Below, in pieces: positions 47,125 through 55,800 of a DNA stretch of 64,000 nt (within the stretch, counting starts at the first letter, position 1; the number at the start of each line of letters is the position of its first letter). Below the pieces are notes generated by a model. That model saw only the letters and a program-made list of their open reading frames with translations. It was not told the DNA's origin and ran no database searches. This DNA comes from an uncultured Verrucomicrobiae bacterium (GTDB lineage Bacteria > Verrucomicrobiota > Verrucomicrobiia > Chthoniobacterales > JAFAMB01): assembly GCA_963813025.1 (NCBI GenBank), contig CAWEXO010000013.1, positions 192,001-256,000 of the forward strand, written 5' to 3'. The translations under genes were made by a program, and so were the position numbers.

Positions 47125-47999
47125 CATCCAAGACCGTATCTACCGGCGCGGAGTCGTTTAAGCTTACCGCTTTATGCGCTGGCATCGGCTTTTGGTTATT
47201 TACTGCCGGACTGACGTCCGCGCAGTGGCAGCCACCGGCCGATCTGAAAAGTGTGCCGGTGCGACAGGACTGCGCGCGAACGCATAACGGAATCGGACTG
47301 TCAATTCAGCCCTCAGTGCTCTACCCCAACGGAGTCATTTTCTTGTGCCCGGAGAGAGCACAAGCAATTGATCGGGAACGCCCGGGTGCATCCTACTTTT
47401 TCCGGGTGCACGAATACGGTCATCTGGCGCTCCATACGCGGAGCGAGCCGGCGGCCGATACCTGGGCGGCTGAACAGCTGAGCCGCACTAAGGCGGGTCG
47501 CGCAATCATCAAGGAAGCGGCGCTCCACTTTGTCGATGAGGTTGACAGGTTCGATCCCAGGTATGGAACCGGCCTGGACCGAGCTCTCCGGATCTCGGTT
47601 GCCGGGCGAATTCCGCGGCAAGAATGGCCTAAACGCGTCAGCGATTATAGCAGGGTAGTAGCCGACGCGATCAAGCAAGGCAGAATCGTTCGTCTTCAGC
47701 TCAAGTCCGGATATGCTGACTCAGCAGAGATGATCGTGACGCTTGACCATCAGCCGCTTGGGTTCCTGTCAAACCGATCAGGGCTGGTGCCACTCACCAT
47801 TCCGCCGCTTGTGCCGGGCCACCACAACATGGAGTTCTCGGATGTCTGGCTTTACCACGCGGAACAGGGTGGGGGTCGAACAGAAGTTGCCCGCAACCTC
47901 AGCGCAATTGCTCACTTCGATGGCGGTACAGCCACAACGCTGCTCGTGCAGTTGGATTTCGACGGCCAGAAGCTAGCCGTAACCGCATCCGCACTATAG
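47115..47999 (+). CDS. exported protein with HExxH motif; start codon lies inside the IS end
   Basis: Signal-like segment, FFRVHEYGH, E..AD.WA zincin-like pattern. Confidence 0.65.
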   Translation: MPLTSKTVSTGAESFKLTALCAGIGFWLFTAGLTSAQWQPPADLKSVPVRQDCARTHNGIGLSIQPSVLYPNGVIFLCPERAQAIDRERPGASYFFRVHEYGHLALHTRSEPAADTWAAEQLSRTKAGRAIIKEAALHFVDEVDRFDPRYGTGLDRALRISVAGRIPRQEWPKRVSDYSRVVADAIKQGRIVRLQLKSGYADSAEMIVTLDHQPLGFLSNRSGLVPLTIPPLVPGHHNMEFSDVWLYHAEQGGGRTEVARNLSAIAHFDGGTATTLLVQLDFDGQKLAVTASAL

Positions 48000-48043
48000 A
48001 GTCGCTTCGGTTTGCTCAATCGTTGTATCGACAGAATTCCCTT

Positions 48044-48277
48044 ATGAAGAATCGTGCCACTCTTTGGATATTCGTACTCGAGCTCGGCCTCTACGGGATT
48101 GTTGTAACGATTTACCTGTGGTTCGTGATTCATTTTCTGACTGGATGGCTCCGCGCGCTCTTTGCCGAGGATCGCGTAATCTACGCGTTTGCCTCGCTCA
48201 CCCTGATGATCGCTCAAGCGGTTGTGCTAGAGAGAGTCACCACTTGGGTTATCTATCTAACTCGCCGGAACCGTTAA
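48044..48277 (+). CDS. small two-TM membrane protein
   Basis: Hydrophobic 77-aa ORF tightly preceding TauE. Confidence 0.65.
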   Translation: MKNRATLWIFVLELGLYGIVVTIYLWFVIHFLTGWLRALFAEDRVIYAFASLTLMIAQAVVLERVTTWVIYLTRRNR

Positions 48278-48281
48278 CGGC

Positions 48282-49196
48282 ATGTTTTTCCCGATCTCCG
48301 GTACGCATCTGGATCCGTTTTACCTGATTCTGGTCGGGTTTATCATCGGGATATTAGGCGGCTTTTTCGGAGTCGGCGGCAGCTTTCTCGCGTCGCCGGC
48401 ATTGTTTGCTGTCGGGATCCCAATGAACTTCGTCGTTGGCACCGATCTCGCTCATATCGTCGGCAAATCCATCGTGGCGGCCAGACTTCATCGTGCGCTC
48501 GGCAATATCGATCTTCGGCTGGCTGGCATCATGGTCATCGGCACAATTGCCGGCTCGGAGATGGGGGTGCAAATCATTGAGTTCTTGAAGCGGACATCCA
48601 ATGTTACGCTGGTGGTTGGCTGGGTTTCCATCGTCGTGTTCTCGGGCATTTCCTTTTTTACCGCGTGGGAAAGCCTGACGGCGCTTCGGGCGGTCAAAGC
48701 GCGGAAGTCTTCAACCGATAATATCAAGCGAGACGTGCTGGTCTTTGATCGGTTGGCCAGACTCATTCAGCGAGTGCGGATCGGACCAATGATCGGCTTG
48801 CCGCATTCCGGAGTAGAATCAATTTCGATCTGGGCAATCCTGCTCGTTGCCCTGATCGGTGGAATCTTTAGCGGGTTTCTCGGCGGCGGCGCCGGCTACA
48901 TCCGAATGCCTTCCATGGTCTACCTGCTCGGCATCCCAACACATATCGCCGTCGGCACGGATCTTTTCGAGATTATCATTTCGGCCAGCTACGGGACCAT
49001 CCGTCACGCTTTAAAGGGCAACGTCGACATTCTCATCGCGCTCGTGATGCAAACCGGAGCAGCGGTGGGCGCCCAGATCGGAGCAAACCTGACGCAATAT
49101 TTTCGAGGACCATATATTCGCCTGGCTTTTTCGCCGCTTCCGCTTCTCGGCGCGATCGTCATTGCCTACGGGTTAATCACCGGCCATCATGGCTAG
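48282..49196 (+). CDS. sulfite exporter TauE/SafE family permease
   Basis: GFFGVGGSF..P, VGTDL repeated in both halves. Confidence 0.9.
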   Translation: MFFPISGTHLDPFYLILVGFIIGILGGFFGVGGSFLASPALFAVGIPMNFVVGTDLAHIVGKSIVAARLHRALGNIDLRLAGIMVIGTIAGSEMGVQIIEFLKRTSNVTLVVGWVSIVVFSGISFFTAWESLTALRAVKARKSSTDNIKRDVLVFDRLARLIQRVRIGPMIGLPHSGVESISIWAILLVALIGGIFSGFLGGGAGYIRMPSMVYLLGIPTHIAVGTDLFEIIISASYGTIRHALKGNVDILIALVMQTGAAVGAQIGANLTQYFRGPYIRLAFSPLPLLGAIVIAYGLITGHHG

Positions 49197-49230
49197 TGCA
49201 CTAAAGTCCTTTGAACGCTTAAATTCGAGT

Positions 49231-50112
49231 ATGAGGATTCTGGTTTGCACGGATGGCAGTGAACGTGGCCAAAAAGTGCTGGCCCTGGCGGCGACGATCG
49301 CTGCTGCGACTGGTGCCGCCACCACGATCCTGGGGATTACTGAACTGGAGGCAGAGGAAGAACGCCTGCAGAAAACTCTCGAACGGGCGGCTAAGGAATT
49401 CCGCACTCGCCGGATCGAGATTGAACTCGTTACCCGCCACGGCGATCCGGTCGATGAGATCCTTGAGCAGGTGAAGAATTTCGCGGCCGATCTGGTGATC
49501 ATCGGCGCAGAGCAAAAAAGAGCTGAAGGACATTTTCGACTTTCGGCGAAAGCGTATTCCATTGTTTCGATGCTGCCCGTTCCGGTGCTGCTCGTTCGGC
49601 GGGTCCGCTTACAGCTAAAGCGCTTTCTGATTTGCAGCGGCGGCGGCAGCTATATCGAAAACGCTGTGCGGTTTACCGCCGAACTCGCCCGCAGCTTGGG
49701 ATCGACGGTTACCTTGCTCAACGTCGTCGCGGAACCACCGGCGATGCATGCCGGCCTCGTTCGGAGAGAGGAAGACACCGACCGCCTGCTGCGATCGGGA
49801 TCGGCTCTGGGGCGAAATCTGCTGAAAGAAAAGAAGATGCTGGAGGAGGCGGGAGTGTCCGTGGAGGTGCGCGTTCGACATGGGATCGTTATTGACCAGA
49901 TCCTCAAGGAAATGGAGCAGGGCGATCACGATCTCGTGATCGTTGGCTCTTTTCCCGAGCAGCACAGAATGCGGCAGTATGTCATCGGGAACCTCACCCG
50001 CGAAATTGTGAACCGATGCGAGCGCCCGATTCTCGTCATCCGAAGCGACAAAAAGGCAACGCCATTTTTTGGGTTCTTGACGCGCCGGAGTAAAAAGAGA
50101 CCAGCAAATTAG
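49231..50112 (+). CDS. tandem universal stress protein
   Basis: ILVCTDGS, HGDPVDEI, DLVIIG, second USP domain ending RPILVIR. Confidence 0.9.
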   Translation: MRILVCTDGSERGQKVLALAATIAAATGAATTILGITELEAEEERLQKTLERAAKEFRTRRIEIELVTRHGDPVDEILEQVKNFAADLVIIGAEQKRAEGHFRLSAKAYSIVSMLPVPVLLVRRVRLQLKRFLICSGGGSYIENAVRFTAELARSLGSTVTLLNVVAEPPAMHAGLVRREEDTDRLLRSGSALGRNLLKEKKMLEEAGVSVEVRVRHGIVIDQILKEMEQGDHDLVIVGSFPEQHRMRQYVIGNLTREIVNRCERPILVIRSDKKATPFFGFLTRRSKKRPAN

Positions 50113-50230
50113 GCCTTACTCGCCGCGGAAGTCGAATGCCACGTACCGCCGGAGGACAGGCGCACTCCAGGGCCCAATGTCCTGTTTGAGTCTAATTCGA
50201 GCAGATTCCCGCTGGAGAAGCCGGATTCCG

Positions 50231-50809
50231 TTACTCTGAAAGATGAATTGGGCCGACGATGTCCACCAAGCCATAATGCCTGGCTTGCTCGGGCGACATT
50301 ATCCAGTCGCGATCCAGCTCGGGCCGGATCTCGAGTTCCGGTTTGCCCGTATGTTGTGCAAAGAGCCGGGCAACCCGATCTTTTGTCCGGCGAATCCGAG
50401 CCAGTAGGCGCTCAGGGTCGCCAGTTTCAACCCGATCCGGCGGCTGATAAATACTGATGGCCGAGTTCGGCGCGGCGTGTCTCTGCCCCTTTGTGCCCGC
50501 TGCGAGAATAAGCGAGCCGATGCCTCGCGAACTCCCTATGCAGACTGTACTGATCGGAGAGCGGACCGTTTCCATGGTGTCATAGATCGCCAGAGCGTCG
50601 GAAGTCACACCACCCGGCGTATTGATGTACAAAGTGACGCCCGCCCCGGGATCTTGGCGGGCGAGGTGCAGCAATTGGGCGACGATTCGTCCCGCGCACT
50701 CCCCCGTGATTTCACCCGCCAGAAAAACGACCCGCCTTTCCCGCAAAAGGATGTCCGCCGGTCTCTGTTCCGCGTCTCCCGATTCGTCTTGGCCGGATGC
50801 TTTTTGCAT
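50231..50809 (-). CDS. ClpP paralog lacking catalytic Ser and His (ClpR-like)
   Basis: LYINTPGG, IYDTM, AAGTKGQR, HTGK, YGLVD; GSSRGIG and IYQP replace AASMG and IHQP. Confidence 0.85.
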   Translation of the reverse strand: MQKASGQDESGDAEQRPADILLRERRVVFLAGEITGECAGRIVAQLLHLARQDPGAGVTLYINTPGGVTSDALAIYDTMETVRSPISTVCIGSSRGIGSLILAAGTKGQRHAAPNSAISIYQPPDRVETGDPERLLARIRRTKDRVARLFAQHTGKPELEIRPELDRDWIMSPEQARHYGLVDIVGPIHLSE

Positions 50810-51098
50810 CGTTTGAAAAGGCTGAACCGCTAACCTACTGCGGCTGCGGAACGTGGCAACCAAACGAGTTTGATGGCTGATCCCGAAGCTCCGAGGTCGA
50901 CTGATTTATCAGAACTCGATTCCAAGGTAGGCCATCCGGCGGCAGACCTTCTCGGTTTGTTGATCGGCATCGCCATTGCCTGCCTGGCCGTTAATACCGT
51001 CGGTTTGGACATCTATTTCTGCTATCTTCTGAGTTTCTGGCAAGCCCTCTGCACTTCGGCCAATTGCGGTTGGCCAGATTCGATGCGATAGCGTCCGA

Positions 51099-51452
51099 AT
51101 GAATGGAGCAGTGATCCTCCAGTCTCTCGCTTTCATCCAGTTCAATGCCTGGAAGATCGTGGGATTAACTGGAAGCTTGATTTTCGGGATTCGGTTTGTC
51201 CTTCAGTGGATCGCTTCCGAGCGCGCTCGACGTCAGATTATCCCGATCGGGTTTTGGGAATGCAGCCTGCTAGGTACGTTACTAAGCCTCAGCTATTTCG
51301 TATTTTATCGCCACGACTCGGTTGGGATCCTCTTGACCTGTTTGCCAGCGCCGATCTATGCGCGCAATTTATATATGAAATGGCGGGAGATTCTGCATCC
51401 GCCGACAGCCGACGATCGGCCGAAGCCTGCGGAAATGCCTGCGGATTCATGA
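51099..51452 (+). CDS. lipid-A-disaccharide synthase N-terminal domain-like membrane protein
   Basis: FGIRFVLQWIASER, IP.GFW..SL.G, D.VGI, IYARNL. Confidence 0.85.
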   Translation: MNGAVILQSLAFIQFNAWKIVGLTGSLIFGIRFVLQWIASERARRQIIPIGFWECSLLGTLLSLSYFVFYRHDSVGILLTCLPAPIYARNLYMKWREILHPPTADDRPKPAEMPADS

Positions 51453-52603
51453 ACTACTTCGATAACAACGCAACAACACCGATCTCTCCAGAAGTCCTGG
51501 ACGGGATGTTACCCTACCTCACGGAGCACTTCGGGAACCCGTCGAGTGCTTACTCGTTTGGCAGGAAGGTGGCCAAGGCGGTGGAACATGCGCGGGAACA
51601 GGTGTCTGAATTGCTTGGATGCGAGCCGTCCGAGATTATCTTCACCAGCTGCGGCACGGAGTCCGACAATACCGCGATTCAATCCGCTCTGCTGCTCGAT
51701 CGTGATCGCCGCCACCTGGTCACGTCCAAGGTCGAGCACAGCGCGATCGTCAAACAGGCGGAAGCCCTATCCCGTCGCGGGTATGAGGTGACTTGGCTGC
51801 CAGTTGATTCGAGCGGCTTGATCAATCTGTCCGAACTGGAGCGCGCGATTCGGCCTGATACTGCCATCGTTTCCTTGATGTGGGCTAACAACGAAACGGG
51901 AGTCCTTTTTCCCATCGAGGCCGTGGCCGAGATCTGCCGGTCTAAAGGCACTCTTTTTCACACCGACGCGGTACAGGCGATTGGGAAGGTGCCGGTCGAC
52001 TTGAGCAGGCTGGCGGTCCAGTTCCTCTCAGTATCGGGCCATAAACTGCACGCCCCGAAAGGTGTGGGCGCGCTCTATGTCAGCCGACACACGCGTTTCA
52101 ATCCTTATCTGATCGGCGGTGGACAGGAAAATAAGCGGCGAGGGGGCACAGAAAACACCGCCTCGATCGTTGCTTTCGGAATCGCGGCAAAGATCGCCGC
52201 GGAGCACCTCGAAGCCGAGAACACGACGGTTCGCCGGCTCCGCGATAGATTTGAAGGCGAGTTGTTAGAGCGCGTGCCCGGGATCCACGTGAACGGCCAC
52301 CTGGAACAGCGCCTGCCTAATACGAGCAATCTGGCTATCGATGGCGTTGACTCAGAAGCGATGCTGCTCCTTTTGGACCAAAAAGGGATTTGCTGTTCTG
52401 CTGGATCGGCCTGCACGGCAGGCTCACTGGAACCTTCTCATGTATTGCGCGCCATGGGATTTTCCAACGAACGGGCTCGCGGCAGTTTACGTTTTTCGTT
52501 CAGTTACCTGAATACCGATGCTGAGATCGATCGCGCGCTGGCGATTATTCCTGGCGTGATCGAGAAGGTCAGGTCACTGAACCGGGGAGTGCTCGCAGCT
52601 TAG
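51449..52603 (+). CDS. nifS: cysteine desulfurase (NifS/IscS type)
   Basis: YFDNNATT, TSCGTESDN, ANNETG, HTDAVQA, SGHK, SAGSAC. Confidence 0.93.
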   Translation: MNYFDNNATTPISPEVLDGMLPYLTEHFGNPSSAYSFGRKVAKAVEHAREQVSELLGCEPSEIIFTSCGTESDNTAIQSALLLDRDRRHLVTSKVEHSAIVKQAEALSRRGYEVTWLPVDSSGLINLSELERAIRPDTAIVSLMWANNETGVLFPIEAVAEICRSKGTLFHTDAVQAIGKVPVDLSRLAVQFLSVSGHKLHAPKGVGALYVSRHTRFNPYLIGGGQENKRRGGTENTASIVAFGIAAKIAAEHLEAENTTVRRLRDRFEGELLERVPGIHVNGHLEQRLPNTSNLAIDGVDSEAMLLLLDQKGICCSAGSACTAGSLEPSHVLRAMGFSNERARGSLRFSFSYLNTDAEIDRALAIIPGVIEKVRSLNRGVLAA

Positions 52604-52643
52604 GTTAGACGACCACGTCGTGCGGTGAGTGTCCGGCGTGTCC

Positions 52644-52690
52644 TGGAGTGCGTGCGACTTGTCGCCGCTTTGAGAGCGTGCGGAGCGCGG
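52644..52690. repeat. left arm of REP-like palindrome (family B) split by IS3
   Basis: 28-mer at 52644-52671 is reverse complement (1 mismatch) of 54235-54262. Confidence 0.85.
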
Positions 52691-52762
52691 CTTAGTTCGA
52701 CTGAGAATGGCATCGCGAAGTGAACCTCCCCCGAATTGGCGGACACGGGAACTCAAAGTAAA

Positions 52763-53095
52763 ATGAACGAGACCGTGAAGAAGAGTAAAATGGTCCGTCG
52801 ATACGGGGAAGAATTCAAACGCCAAGCGGTGGAACTGATCATCCACAGCGGCAAAACACAGCGGCAAGTGGCCCGGGAGCTGGACGTCAGCGCGTACAGT
52901 TTAAACCTCTGGAAAAAGGCGTATCTGGGCCAGCAAGTGCCCGCCGAGATCAACGGGGAGATGAAAAGTCCTGAAGAAATGGCGGAGCTGATTCGGCAGC
53001 AGCACAAAGAGATTGAGTATCTCAAACGCCAACGGGAAATCTTAAAAAAAGCGATGAGCATCCTGGGGGAAGAACCGAATCCCGGTATGCGATGA
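52763..53095 (+). CDS. IS3 OrfA (HTH)
   Basis: RRYGEEFKRQAV, VARELDV, REILKKA. Confidence 0.92.
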   Translation: MNETVKKSKMVRRYGEEFKRQAVELIIHSGKTQRQVARELDVSAYSLNLWKKAYLGQQVPAEINGEMKSPEEMAELIRQQHKEIEYLKRQREILKKAMSILGEEPNPGMR

Positions 53096-54087
53096 TTGAA
53101 GGGCTCTCGGTTCAGTATGGCGTCAAGGAAAGTTGCGCCGCTCTTGGGGTATCGCGCAGCGGGTATTACCAGTGGAAAAAAGGGGAAGTCACCCAGCGCG
53201 CCCGAGCAGAAGCTCAATTGCTCAGCGAGATTCAGGAAATCTTCGCGCAAAATGAGCAACGTTACGGCAGTCCACGAGTCACCTTGGCTTTGCGCGCTGC
53301 CGGCCGGCGAGTGGGGAAGAATCGGGTCGCTCGGCTCATGCGGGAGCAGAAGCTGATGGCTCGGAAAAAACGTGCTTTTCGTCCCCGGACAACCGTGGCT
53401 GGCCAAGAGGCCGAACCCAATCGGATTGCGGAGCTTGTCTCCGAGGGGCCAGATCAGATTTGGCTGAGTGATATCACCTATGTCGCGACGGCCGAAGGCT
53501 GGCTTTATCTGGCGATTATTCTGGACCTCTTTAGTCGCCGGGTGGTGGGCTGGAAGCTGGCCGAGAGCCTGGAGGCCAGTCTGGTGGTCAGAGCGCTCCA
53601 CAACGCCCTGGTGCTGCGCCAACCACCACCGGGGCTATATTTTCACACCGATCGGGGCTGTCAGTATACCAGCCAAGCAGTGCGCAAACCGCTGGAGGCC
53701 ATCCAAGCCTGCCAGAGCATGAGTGGCGCCGGCAATTGCTATGACAACGCCAAGATGGAAGCCTTTTTCAGTACGTTAAAAACCGAATGTTTTCCGGTGA
53801 CCAACTGCTTCGCTTCCAAGGCTCAAGCCCGGAGTACCATCTTCGAATACATCGAGGTCTACTACAACAACAAACGTTTCCACAGCGCGTTAGGATATCA
53901 AACGCCCCGCCAATACGAAGCGGCTTACCAACAGAAACAGAGAACAACTTTTTCGAAGGAAAAAGTGATGGCTACCCCTTCCGCAGAAGGTGAAACGAAG
54001 GGCAAACGAGCAAACGGAATAAATGGCAGGGGCCCGCGCGAAAGCGCGGGAAGGCTGCCGTTTATGCCGGATTGCGACCTTGCCTGA
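53092..54087 (+). CDS. IS3 OrfB DDE transposase
   Basis: YGSPR, WLSDITY, HTDRGCQY, CYDNA.MEAFF, RFHSALGY. Confidence 0.95.
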   Translation: MIEGLSVQYGVKESCAALGVSRSGYYQWKKGEVTQRARAEAQLLSEIQEIFAQNEQRYGSPRVTLALRAAGRRVGKNRVARLMREQKLMARKKRAFRPRTTVAGQEAEPNRIAELVSEGPDQIWLSDITYVATAEGWLYLAIILDLFSRRVVGWKLAESLEASLVVRALHNALVLRQPPPGLYFHTDRGCQYTSQAVRKPLEAIQACQSMSGAGNCYDNAKMEAFFSTLKTECFPVTNCFASKAQARSTIFEYIEVYYNNKRFHSALGYQTPRQYEAAYQQKQRTTFSKEKVMATPSAEGETKGKRANGINGRGPRESAGRLPFMPDCDLA

Positions 54088-54215
54088 AGTGCAGCCTTCT
54101 GCCTTGCAACCCACGAGAAACTAAGCTAACCAACCGATCATATTTCGAGTCCGTTTTTTCGGGGCAAGTACAAAGTGCGGGGGTTCCCTGGTGAAAGCCA
54201 CTCGTGTTTGACAGC

Positions 54216-54262
54216 CCGCGCTCCGCGCGAAGCAAAAGCGGCGACAGGTCGCACGCACTCCA
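54216..54262. repeat. right arm of REP-like palindrome (family B)
   Basis: CCGCGCTCCGC and AAAGCGGCGACAGGTCGCACGCACTCCA complementary to 52644-52690. Confidence 0.85.
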
Positions 54263-54321
54263 AAACGCCTCTGCCCCGCCTCGGCTTCTTAATCCTAGCT
54301 CCTGGATTCTAGCTCCTGCTC

Positions 54322-54828
54322 CTAACGATGCACCGGCTCGGGAGCCGGCCTTCTCGGCGTGGGATCCACCTTTCCGACCGGCTGATCGCCGTCGTCCTCA
54401 TCCCGCTGATGCGGGTCGCAGAACAGGTCGAACGCGATAAACAACGCTTTCGAGTGACGAGCAAACCACAGATTAAAGAACGGGATCGGCAGGATGGTAA
54501 AAATCAGGGTTTCCCAGATTGGTAGTTGAACCCAGAAATCGAGAATCAGGTAGATGACCAAGCCAATGATTGAGGCGATACCGTAGTTGATGGCAAAGAT
54601 CGACAGGAGAAAGTAGCCGGGTTCGCGATCAAACGGGTACCCGCAGAGCGGGCACCCGTCTAAAGGCATAAACCAGTCCCGCACGCTTCTGACTTGCTGC
54701 CACGAGACAAAAAGCGAGTAACGTCCGCAGGTCGGACATTTCAGACGCAAAGCGTTCCCGAGCATCCAGAACAATCGCCTCCAGGAGTACTCGGGAGGCG
54801 GCTCGTTTTCTTCAACCGATGAGCCCAT
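54322..54828 (-). CDS. DUF983 family membrane protein
   Basis: CPTCG..LF, CPLCG...REPGYF, two TM helices, SKALF. Confidence 0.8.
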   Translation of the reverse strand: MGSSVEENEPPPEYSWRRLFWMLGNALRLKCPTCGRYSLFVSWQQVRSVRDWFMPLDGCPLCGYPFDREPGYFLLSIFAINYGIASIIGLVIYLILDFWVQLPIWETLIFTILPIPFFNLWFARHSKALFIAFDLFCDPHQRDEDDGDQPVGKVDPTPRRPAPEPVHR

Positions 54829-54873
54829 GGTTCAAGCGTACGGCGTAGACACAGGACTTCAAGAGGTCGAGCT

Positions 54874-55779
54874 TCATACTCCGACGAAATTCCCTGCGTT
54901 CAGGACCCGTTCGCCGTTCCAGCGGTAAGCGGCCAGTTTGCCGCCGCGCCCCACCCTGTAATCGAGACAGGCCACGTTTGGTGCGAGCGGCGAGAAAAGC
55001 TCATCGGGCGCCTGCCAGTAATGACCGCAAAAAACCGGCGGACCAGTCGGAGGATACCCGGGGATAGGTGCAAGAAGACTCAGACGCATATCGATTGGGG
55101 CGCTCGATTCCGGAAAAGCTGCCTGCCTGTAGGACAATTGATCGCTCAATTCGAGCCACCATTTGGTCCGGATCTCGTGGCGTTCAAAACCGTCCTTATC
55201 GATATAGGAGAAACCTTTTGGCAACGCGAGTTCGCGCCCTTTCAGCAGGACGGAGATGGCGCTGCCGATCGGGTGCTCTTTCGTGAACGCTTCGGCCAAG
55301 AGCGCCTCACTGAGATAACGAGTGCCGCCCAGTGCACGAATCGCGTTGTCGTCCCAGGCGGCATGGACCGCCCGCAATTCGCCAAGATCGACAAAGAGCG
55401 GCAGGGTGCCGAACCAGGCGAGGACCCCTGCTTTCTCCACGGGAAAAAGGTCGAAGTATCCCAGTGTTGCCTGGTGCTGGATCAGGTGGCGCTTGGAATG
55501 GCTCCGCAATGGTTTGCCATTGGATCCTTCTCGATGAAACCCGATCGCGTTGAATTCATGATTGCCCATCAGCGCGATCGCTGTTTGCGCCTCTACCATC
55601 GCTCGGACGATCTGCAACGCCTCGCGGATATGCGGCCCGCGATCGATATAGTCGCCCAGAAAAATGGCGCTTCGTTCCGGATGCCGGTAGGCGCCTTGTT
55701 CCAGCCGGTAGCCGAGGCGTGCCAGTAAAGCGCGCAGCTTGTCCGCGTGACCGTGAATATCGCCGATCAGATCGAACAT
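54874..55779 (-). CDS. metallophosphoesterase (ApaH/PrpE-like)
   Basis: IGDIHG, GDYIDRG, MGNHE, GHYW. Confidence 0.9.
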   Translation of the reverse strand: MFDLIGDIHGHADKLRALLARLGYRLEQGAYRHPERSAIFLGDYIDRGPHIREALQIVRAMVEAQTAIALMGNHEFNAIGFHREGSNGKPLRSHSKRHLIQHQATLGYFDLFPVEKAGVLAWFGTLPLFVDLGELRAVHAAWDDNAIRALGGTRYLSEALLAEAFTKEHPIGSAISVLLKGRELALPKGFSYIDKDGFERHEIRTKWWLELSDQLSYRQAAFPESSAPIDMRLSLLAPIPGYPPTGPPVFCGHYWQAPDELFSPLAPNVACLDYRVGRGGKLAAYRWNGERVLNAGNFVGV

Positions 55780-55800
55780 AATCAGAGCCGAACTGGTGTT

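Larger units (their letters stand above)
45820..47141 (+). mobile_element. complete IS110-family element (IS621-like architecture)
   Basis: CT core at 45818-19 and 47140-41, ~290-bp non-coding left end, short right end with TTGACA, no TIR or TSD. Confidence 0.92.
52721..54172 (+). mobile_element. complete IS3-family element, 1452 bp
   Basis: TG...CA ends, imperfect IRs TGAACCTCCCCCGAATTGGCGGACAC / TGTACTTGCCCCGAAAAAACGGACTC, AAG 3-bp TSD. Confidence 0.95.

Noticed and set aside
50870..51091. 73-aa hydrophobic ORF divergent from the ClpP paralog
   Set aside because: Short, no motif; cannot support as a gene
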